Shown piece by piece: positions 26,601 to 37,509 of a stretch of DNA of 64,000 nucleotides. Source of the DNA: Octopus vulgaris (taxonomy: Eukaryota); contig OX597821.1 in the NCBI GenBank assembly GCA_951406725.2, positions 24,986,001 through 25,050,000 of the forward strand, given 5' to 3'. Position 1 is the first letter of the stretch; every line of letters begins with the position of its first letter. The position numbers and the translations under genes are program-made. The notes below the pieces were generated by a model, which was not told where the DNA came from, made no database searches, and saw nothing but the letters and a program-made list of their open reading frames with translations.

Positions 26601-29600
26601 GTGTGAGTGTGTCTTTGTATGTGTGTTTATTCCCGACCACCACTTGAGAAAACCTGTGTTGGTTTGTTTACACCCCTGTAAATTGGTGGTTCAGCAAAAG
26701 CGACTGAATGAATAAGGACCAAGCTTAAAACATAATCAGGATTGATTTGTTCAACTAAATGATTCAAGGCACTGCTCCAGCATGGTCACAGTCCAGTAAA
26801 AGGTAAAACAAAATTGGCTGGTTTACACAGTTGCTGTATATGTCAGACAATAATGATGGGCCACAAAGTTAATGAGATGATATGAGATACTCAAACCGAG
26901 AAAAACAGACACAATACGATTATGTTGATCATCATACATTTAGAATGAAACCTATGTTAATTATGTTAATAATAAATCAGTGTCTTTCTATTTTCAGAAA
27001 ACTGTTGAAGAACAATTAGTAAACTCAGAGAATTGTCGATTCGTACAAATGAAATGGTAAGAAAAATTGAAAGTAGCAAAATTGAATGTTATGTCCATTA
27101 ATATAGCATCATATCACCATCATCAGTTATCTTTAGGAAAATTTAATCCCTTATCCCTACTCAATAAAGACATAAACTCTTATGAGTTTCATCATCATCA
27201 TCATCATCATTTATCATCTGCTTTCCATACTGGTGAGGTTATTGCTATTTTTTATTATTTAATTAATTTACCCAGAGAAAGGTTACTTCACTAAAATAGT
27301 GAGTGGTCTGGGCAGGATTTGAACTTAAAATGCACGGAGCCAGAACATACTGTAGAAGGCTATTCCATTAATACACAGCTCTTGGCTGTTACTTCAACTC
27401 ACAAGGCATTTAATTTAATGATCTAGCAATTCTACTAATCAGCCATCATAACAAATCTCTTTTTAAAAATTCACATTGAAGGAATGCAAATGTAAAACAT
27501 TACACTGGTAGGATATATATATACCGCCCTTGAAGGGTTTTAGTCTGGAAATTGTAGTTGTGATCCCCGTGCTGGTGGCATGTAAAAAGCACCTTCCGAA
27601 CGTGGCTGATGCCAGCGCCACCTTGACTGGCTTCCGTACCGGTGGCACTTCAAAAGCACCAACCAATTATGGTCATTGCCAGCCTCCTCTGGCACACACA
27701 TATATTTTATTTTTATTTTTCCATACATAGCGCGACATACATTCATTCGTTGTTACTACATTTATTCATACATTGATAACTTGATTCGTCTTACCCATCT
27801 CTCTCACTACGAAAATTTAACCTTTTAGGCTACTTTCAAGCCTTCGCCATAACTTGATTTATCTTTCCTATCTCTCTCTCTACGAAATTTAACCTTAGGC
27901 TACCTCAAGCCGTAATCCCATCTTTCCGCCATCGGCGGTGCGCCCGCCCCCCCACCCCCACCATCAATACCGATGAACACTGTTCTCACCCCCACCACCA
28001 ATACCGATGAACACTGTTCTCACCCCCACCACCAATACCGGTGAACACTGTTCTCACCGCCACCACCAATACCGGTGAACACTGTTCTCACCCCCACCAC
28101 CAATACCGGTGAACACTGTTCTCACCGCCACCACCAATACCGGTGAACACTGTTCTCACCCCCACCACCAATACCAGTATACCCTGTTCTCACCATCTAC
28201 ACCGGATACGCCCTACTCCCTCCTCCTCCCCCCACTACCCCTTCTCCTCATATGCTTTCACTGTGAAAAGACAAGCTGCTAGCGCCATAGCTCATCAACT
28301 GCCCACCGATCTTACGCTTCCTCCTGACACTGCCTCAATCCGACCATCCCCTTTTAGTACCCTCCCGCCTCGTAATATCCTACGTTTTTATTTCTTACGA
28401 ACCTACACCAACCCTTCCTGCCATCGTTCCTCCTTACCCCAACCTTCCCCACTGGTTGCTCCCCTATATTATCCGCACCCTCTACTATCTCTCCCTCTTT
28501 CACTGGTGAAACCTTTCTCAACTGGACTCCCCCTCCCCAACTCAACTCTAGAATATCTGTATTTCTTTCCTCTACCTAATTACGTTACTCAGTGACGATA
28601 ACGAATGTCCACTGCTAACACCAGCTCCTGCCCACGGCGTGGTCAGGTTGGAAGAGAGATCAAAAGAAAAATACCACGAAAACTATCACCACCACAACAA
28701 CCCTCCTCTTCTCAGGCGCCGAATCCCCCCGTCCCCCCACATCTCCTTCCCAGTTTTCAGAGTTGGCACTATCAATGTTGGTACATTGACAGGCAAGTCT
28801 AGTGAGATTGTAGAGATGCTAGAGAGAAGACAGGTTGATGTATGCTGCATACAAGAGGTAAGATGGAGAGATGCTTCGGCTAGGGTCCTCACGGGCAAGG
28901 CACTTAGGTACAAACTCTACTGGCAAGGTAACGCGGAAGGTGTAGGGGGTGTAGGCATTTTCCTTGCGGAGGAATGGGTGGATAAGGTCATAGAGGTTGT
29001 CAGGGTTTGTGATAGAGTGCTTAAGCTCAGGTTGGTCCTACAGAGTGGCACAGCTATGATTATCTCAGCCTATGCCCCACAAGCGGGACTACCAAATGAT
29101 CAGAAGGACAACTTTTATGATACCCTTCTGCAGGCTACTTCAAAGACTAGTAACAAGGACCTCATCTTTGTAGGTGGAGATTTTAATGGGCATGTTGGGC
29201 GGGAATCGGGTATCTTCACTGGGGTACATGGTGGCTATGGTATTGGCACCAGAAATGATGAGGGAACTAGACTGCTGGAATTCTGTGATGCATGTAACCT
29301 TTCAATCTGCAACACTAACTTCAAGAAGCCAGTCTGCCACCTTATAACTTATCAGTCAGGAGACTCCGCTAGCCAAATAGACTTCATCCTCACCAGACAA
29401 CGGGATGCAGGGTTGCTCTTGAATACAAAGACCCTCCCGGGTGAAGAATGTATCCCTCAGCATAGACTAATCATCAGTGACTTTAAGCTTGAGGCCAGAA
29501 GGACTCCAAGAAACAAACCAATCCAGAAAAGAAGGATTTGGAGGCTAAAGAACCCTTCGCATGGTCAGAAATTTAGGGACATACTCATCAAGAAATTTGA

Positions 29601-32600
29601 TGAGAGGGAGGAGGAGCTTCAGACGTCAGACATAGAAGGTAGCTGGGAATTCCTACGGGACAGCTTGCTGAGTGCCACAGACCAAGTCTGTGGATGGTGC
29701 AAAGTCCCTTCCAGACCTAGAATTACGTGGTGGTGGAATAGTGCAGTAGATAAAGCCATCTGTGAAAAGAGACGGGCCTGGAAAGCCTGGAAGGATGGGG
29801 GCAGCAGGGAACTGTACCAGATAGCCAAAAGGGAGGCTGCTACATTGCCAAAGATGTAGCAGAAAAGAAGAAGTTTGCCAATGTCCAGCGTCGCGAGGAT
29901 CAAAGAGCTGAAGTATTTCGGATTGCCAGACAGTGTGTCAGAGAAAATAGCGATGTTATGGGAGAGAAATGTGTCCGCATGGATGATGGGGCACTTGCTT
30001 TTACTACTAGTGAAAAGAAAGAGGCTTGGAGAAGCCATTATGAAAGACTGCTGAATGAGGAGAATGAATGGGAGGAGGAGAGCCTGCCAAATGTTGACCC
30101 AGTAGAGGGACCAGCTACCCGAATAGACAGCTCCCTTGTAGATAAGGCAATTAAGGATATGAAACCAGGCAAAGCCCCTGGCCTATCAGGAATCACTGCT
30201 GAGATGCTTAAAACAGCTGGCTATGTGGGCTATGCCATAGTCACCCGCATTGTAAACCAGGTAGTTCACAATGGAGTCATACCCAATGACTGGTGCAGCA
30301 GCACCATAGTCAACTGCTACAAGGGTAAGGGTGATGCTCTAGATAGAAATAACTACAGAGGTATCAAACTGTTGGACCAGGTGATGAAGGTCTCAGAGAA
30401 GGTCATAACCAATCTCATTAGGGAGAGAATTTGTTTAGATGAAATGCAGTTCGGTTTTGTACCAGGTAGAAGCACCACTGATGCTATATTCCTGGTCCGA
30501 CAACTGCAGGAGAAGTACCTAGCTAAAGATAAACCCCTCTACATAGCTTTTGTAGACTTGGAGAAAGCCTTTGACAGGGTTCCCCGTTCCCTTATCTGGT
30601 GGTCGATGCGGAAACTGGAGATTGAAGAATGGCTAATAAGGGCTGTACAGGCTCTATACAGAGAGGCTGTCAGCAAGGTTAGGATTGGCAACGAATATAG
30701 TGAAGAATTCCGGGTAGAAGTAGGTGTGCACCAGGGCTCAGCCCTCAGTCCCCTTTTATTCATCATAGTCCTTCAGGCAATAACAGAGGAATTCAAAATG
30801 GGATGCCCCTGGGAGCTCCTCTATGCCGATGACCTAGCTCTCATAGCAGAATCACTACCGGAACTAGAAGAGAAATTTCGGGTGTGGAAGCAAGGGTTGG
30901 AATCAAAGGGCCTTAGAATAAATGTAGCAAAGACCAAAGTATTAGTAAGCAGCAAGAGGTACTCAGCACACACCCCCTCGGGTAGGTGGCCCTGCTCAAC
31001 CTGTAGGAAAGGTACAGGTAGAAACTCCATAAGATGCACCCAATGTAAGTTATGGACACATAAGAGGTGCAGCAACATTAAAGGGAAATTAACAGATAAG
31101 ATAGCTTTCATGTGCGGCAGATGCACAGGGACAATAGACACAACAGACACTCAGAAAACAGATTCCATCACACTCCAGGGAGAGAAACTAGAAGTAGTTG
31201 ATAGTTTCCGCTACCTGGGTGACCAAGTTAGTAGCCGAGGTGGATGCACAGAGAGTATCACCACTAGAATACGAATAGCCTGGGCAAAGTTCAGAAAGCT
31301 CCTACCCCTACTGGCAACAAAAGGTCTCTCCCTCAGAGCAAAAGGTAGATTGTATGATGCATGTGTGCGAACTGCCATGCTTCACGGCAATGAAACATGG
31401 GCTGTGACTGCAGAAGACATGCGTAGACTTGAAAGAAATGAAGCTAGCATGATCCGCTGGATGTGTAGTGTCAGTGTGCACGCAAGACAGAGTGTAAGCA
31501 TCCTGAGAGAAATGCTGGATATAAGAAGCATCAGATGTGGTGTGCAAGAGCGACGCTTGCGATGGTATGGTCATGTGCTGCGGATGGATGAAGAGAGATG
31601 TGTGAAGAAGTGCCACTCCCAAACAGTTGAAGGTATCAGGGGGAGAGGTAGACCCAGGAAGACATGGGATGAGGTAGTCAAGCATGACCTCAGAGCATTG
31701 GGCCTCACTGAGGCAATGGCGAAGGACCGAGATCTCTGGAGATATGCTGTGACTACAAAGACCCGGGCTGCTTTCTGCAGCAATTCCACATACCCCCTAC
31801 CCATTCTAAGTACCCCGGATCCCCAAAGTACCCTGGATCCCCAAAGTACCCCGATCCCCAAAGTACCCCGGACCTCGTTGCCCCCGTGCCGCTGACACGT
31901 TAAAAGCTCGAACCGATCATGACCGATGCCGGACCCTCCGGCCCCTGTGCAGGTGGCACGTAAAAAGCACCCAATCCACTCACGGAGTGGTTGGCGTTAG
32001 GAAGGGCATCCAGCCGTAGAAACTCTGCCAGATTCAGACTGGAGCCTGGAGCGGCCCTGGCTTCCCAGACCCGGTCGAACCGTCCAACCCGTGCTAGCGC
32101 GGAAAGCGGACGTTAAACGATGATGATGATGATGATGATATCATCATCATCATCGTTTAGCGTCCGCTTTCCATGCTAGCATGGGTTGGACAGTTCAACT
32201 GGGGTCTGGGAAGCCAGAAGGCTGCACCAAGCCCAGTCTGATCTGGCAATGTTTCTACGGCTGGATGCCTTTCCTAACACCAACCACTCCATGATTGTAG
32301 TGGGTGCTTTTACGTACCACCGGCACAGGTGGCAGACAAGGCTGGCAAACGGCCACAATCGGATGGTGCTTTTTATGTGCCACCGGCACGAGGCCATTCA
32401 GGGTGGCGCTGGCAACGGCCACGTTCGGATGGTTCTCTTACGTACCACCAGCACTGGTATCACAGCTGCAATTTCCATTGATGTTGATCGATTTCGATTT
32501 TGATTTTCACTTGCCTCAACAGGTCTTCACAAGTAGAGTTTTGTGTCCCAAGAAGGAAAGCTATGCATAAGTGGACCGGCTACATCCCAGGTAGAGGCCA

Positions 32601-33574
32601 CGGGTTATGGTCTCACTTGTCTTGCTGGGTCTTCTCACGCACAGCATACTTCCAAAGGTCTCAGTCTCTAGTCATTTCCTCAGTGGGACCTAAAGTTCGA
32701 AGGTCGTGCTTCACCACCTCATGCCAGGTTTTCCTGGGTCTGCCTCTTCCACAGGTTCCCTCAACCGCTAGGGTGTGGCACTTTTTCACACAATTATCTT
32801 CATCCATTCTTGCCACATGACCATACCAGCACAAACGTCTCTCTTGCACACCACAACTGATACTTCTTAGGTCCATCTTTTCTCTCAAGGTACTTACACT
32901 CTGTCAAGTATAAACACTGACATTACACATCCATCGAAGCATACTGGCTTCATTTCTTGCGAGCTTACGCATGTCCTCAGCAGTCACGGCCCATGTTTCA
33001 TTGCCATATAGCATGGCTGTTTGTACACATGCGTCACACAGTCTGCCTTTTACTCTGAGCGAGAGGCCTTTTGTCACCAGCAGAGGTAAGAGCTCTCTGA
33101 ACTTTGCCTAAGCTATTCTTACTCTAGCAGTTAACGGAAGCTATCAGCTATTTCTAGTTTTTCTCCCTGGAAAGTGACGGAAGTTGGTCTCAGAGCATTT
33201 TCAGTGTTTATTGCTCCTGAGCTTCTACCACATACAAAAACTATCTTCCTAGTTAGCCTTCCTTTGACATTGCTGCACCTCTTATGTGTCCATAGCTTAC
33301 ACTTGGTGCATCTTATAGAGTTTCTACCTACGCCTTTTCTACAGATCGAGCAGGGCCATCTACCTGAAGGCGTTTGTGATTTGTCTACCTTCCTACTTAT
33401 TAGGACTTTGGTTTTAGCTAGGTTGACTCTAAGGCCTTTCGATTCTAATCCTTGCTTCCACACCTGAAACTTCTCCTCCAGTTCTGATAGTGACTCAGCA
33501 ATTAGAGCAAGGTCATCAGCATAGGGGAGCTCCCAGGGGCATCCTGTCTTGAATTCCTCCGTTATTGCCTGGAG

Positions 33575-33615
<41 letters not shown>

Positions 33616-36600
33616 TATATGATGAGCTTCTTTCAGTTTCCATCTACCAGATCCACTCACAAGGTTTTGTTTAGCCTGAGGCTATAGTAGCAGACACCCG
33701 TCCAAGGTGCCACACAGTGGGACTGAACCTAGAACCATGTGGTAGAGAAGCAAGCTTCTTACCATACAGCTGCACATGGCTCAGTGGTTAGAGTGTCAGG
33801 CTTATAATCGTGAGGTTGTGAGTCTGGTTCCTAGACCAGGCTGTGTATTGTGTTCTTGAGCAAGGCATAGCTCCAATTTGTTCATCACTAGTGTATCAGC
33901 CTTTGGCTTTTCTTTGGACAACATCGATGGCATGGAGAGGGAAGACTGGTATGCACGGGCAACTGCTGTCCCTTCACAAACAACTTTCACCTCAGAAGGG
34001 AACTTTCTAGATGCAATCCCATTGTCATACATGACCAAAAGGGATTGATGTATATACATATATATATACACACACACACACATGTAACCCAGTGCAACCT
34101 GTTGTATGGTCTGGTTGTTAACAACTAAACTGGCAACCCTAGCGAGCTTACTTGGTGCGGAGGGTGATTTTGGACACTGCAGGATGATAAACAAGACCTG
34201 TCAAAGGAGAACTCAGGAGAGATAATGGCCATCCAATTTAGTCAAGAGTAGATGGTGCTCAGTAGCCATAGTGAAGACAATCCATCAAAGAGAAGGAAAT
34301 CTCTGATATAAAACTATTCAATGAGGTCTTAAAACCAGCTAATACTATTTTTCACAGAAAAATGGATAATGTTATGAAGATATTATACTTTCGTCAATGG
34401 ATGGCTGATAATAATAGAATATATAATATATATATATGAAAGAAGGTTTGAAAATGCAATTTTAAAAGAGGTTTATTTACTTGACCGGTTTCACTTTTTT
34501 AGAAAAAGATTGTCAAAAGTAACATGTAAAATCTTTGTTGTGTTAGGTACTGGTTGTCACAAAATATTACAACCAGTATCTAACACAACAAAGATTTTAC
34601 ATGTTACTTTTGACAATCTTTTTCTAAAAAAGTGAAACCAGTCAAGTAAATAAACCTCTTTTAAAATTGCATTTTCAAACCTTCTTTTTATATATAATTC
34701 CTCTCATGTGGTACCTTACAACTCCACTTCGTTATATATATATATATATATACATACACACACACTATTCATTGCAAAAAGGTTACTTGCTCTACTCTAC
34801 CACCCCATTTATATTCTGATCCCTGTTCCTTGTGAGTATGCCCTGGCACTTCACCACCCTCTCTCCTGCTCTCTTTCATCGTCTCTTTCTTTCTCTTGCT
34901 CTCTCCTTCTGACTGGTTAACCAAGTATCTCCTCTACAACAATACACCTGTTCTGTCCTCATTCTTTATCTCTCTCTCTCTCTCCCACTCACTGACTGAC
35001 TGGAGAACCATCTATCTCCTCTGTCATATGCTAACCTTTCATCATCTGGCATGATCACCTCCTCCAATTCTCCCTCCCCTCTCAAAGGATCTTTGTCTTG
35101 CAGGTTACTTGGTAATCCTACCAGTGCTGCTGCCATGTAATAAAACACCCAGTTCACTCCGCAGGGTGGTTGCTGTTACGAAAGACATCCAGCTGTTAAA
35201 AACCATGCCAAAGCAGACACTGCAGCCTTCTGCTTAGCCAGCACTTGTCAAACTGTCCAACCCATGCCAGAATGAAAAGTGGACATTAAATGATGATGAT
35301 TATATATATTTTATGCTATACATATTGATTATGTGTTTGTGTGTTTACTAAAGAATTATGTAAACAAGAAAGAGAAAAAAGAGTGCTCAATACATATTGT
35401 AGAGCTATGGCTTATTTAATGCAAGCTGAAAAGGAGTCACACACCTCCACTACAACAAACCTATTCCTATTTCTTCCATCATACGTTAGCCTATTGACAC
35501 CACACAGAGCAACCATCCTATTTCCTATTCTCCTTCTCAGGCAAGAGAGTTCTTTAGTCTTGAAATTACAAAGCAACTACATTTGTGCAGATGCCACATA
35601 TAAAACACCCAGTATACTCTGCAGAGCAGCTGGCATTAATCCACTTTGCAGAATGTACTTGTACCTCAAGGCTGGATGCGCTTTCTAACCAGAAGGGCGA
35701 CACAGAAACAAGATGTGGTCCTCCGACTAACTGTCCAACTCATACTAGCATGGAAAGTGGATGTAACACCAATGATGATGATTTATATGAAGGAGAGATA
35801 GTTGTTTATATGTTAATCTGTTATTAAACTGTAAATGAATATGGTAATTAATGCTAATCTAGTATTGTCATTTGTTGTAGCCTAAAACGACTGCAGATGA
35901 TGTATTCACAGTATCACACAACTATGTGCACTGACTATGAAAGCAAGAAAGATAAACAGGTAAAGAATGTCCTAAATTTGATATTACAAGTATTCCAAAA
36001 TATAGGATACTTTCCTTATATAAGACATATGCATAAAAAATTATACTTCATATTTATATATATATATATATATATATTCTTTTATTCTTCTACTGGTTTC
36101 AGCCAGAGGCTGGGGCCATGTTGGAACATCACCTTTCAGTGTTTTGGGATCTCTTTTTGGTACTGTTTTTGGTGAACACATGCACATACATATACTCTTT
36201 ACTCTCTTTTACTTGTTTCAGTCATTTGACTGCGGCCATCCTGGAGCACCACCTTTAGTCGAGCAAATTGACCCCGGGACTTATTCTTTGTAAGCCCAGA
36301 ACTTATTCTATCGGTCTCTTTTGCCGAACCGCTAAGTTACGAGGACGTAAACACACCAGCATCGGTTGTCAAGCAATGCTAGGGGGACAAACACACACAC
36401 ATATATATATATATATACGACGGGCTTCTTTCATTTTCCGTCTACCAAATCCACTAACAAGGCATTGGTCGGCCCGAATGTATGTTTGTGTGAAAAAAGG
36501 GGACATCATTCTGATGATGAGGCAAAAATGATCTTGAAGCATTGAAATATTTAAGAATGCTACAATTTCCAAATATATATAAAGGACTAATAAGAAAATG

Positions 36601-37125
36601 CGATAAGAAGTCAAACTTAACCACAATCATGTCTTTAGTAATGCCTCCTGTTATAGGCACAAGGCCTGAAATTTAGAGGAGGGAGGTAAGTCAATTACAC
36701 CAGCCCCAGTATTCAAATGGTACTTATTTTATAGGCCCCAAGAGGATGAAAGGCAAAGTCAACCATCGTGGAATTTGAATTCAGAACATAAAAACAAACG
36801 AAATGACACTAAGCATTTAGCCTGGTGTGTTTAATTATTCTGTCAGCTCCCTGCCTTAGAGTTATGTCTTTAATAACACACATATATATATATATATATA
36901 CATAATTTACAAGATTAGGGCAGAAGAAAAATTCTAATGCCAAATATGGTGAAACAAAAAATTGTCGATAACCATTATAATTTATGCGTCTCGAAACAAA
37001 CCGATAGAAATCTCTTAAAAAATTCGTTATTACCGTATTTTACCTTTAAAATTTTACCTTTAAAGGCATTTTTTGATATGCTGGCCATTGATAAAAAATT
37101 TTTCCCGAAAAAATTTAATCCTATA

Positions 37126-37164
<39 letters not shown>

Positions 37165-37375
37165 CACACACATTATAATCACTGATGAGATAAGACTTGT
37201 AACATCTGATCATGTTGTAAGAAGACAATTAACATCAAGTATCTCTACCTATTATGATTGAACCCATTCTAGCTGCCTGTCCATATATGAGGTGGTATCA
37301 AAAAGTTCCTGGACTACTTCTGTAGCATGCCAACAGATGGCAGCATACAGTTGTGTGCAGTGAGAGCTAGCAGTG

Positions 37376-37428
<53 letters not shown>

Positions 37429-37477
37429 CACATGTATATATATATGCACTCATATATATGTATATATGATGATGATG

Positions 37478-37509
<32 letters not shown>

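Larger units (their letters stand above)
27700..32138 (+). mobile_element. Near full-length RTE-clade LINE: 5' UTR with tandem repeats, AP endonuclease + RT + PHD-like Zn finger, 3' UTR, (GAT)n tail
   Basis: ORF 28639-29859 encodes the endonuclease ([29 protein letters not shown]). ORF 29958-31895 encodes RT ([52 protein letters not shown]). Tail ttaaac(gat)n. Confidence 0.95.

Noticed and set aside
27966-28195. 34-bp repeats as a CRISPR array
   Set aside because: The units are directly adjacent with no unique spacers, there are no cas genes, and the context is a eukaryotic LINE 5' UTR.
29830-29860. Programmed frameshift between endonuclease and RT
   Set aside because: There is no slippery heptamer, and RTE endonuclease and RT are normally one ORF; a small deletion explains it better.
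29619-31861. Antisense ORFs within the RTE
   Set aside because: They are shadow frames of the RT coding strand with no independent motifs.
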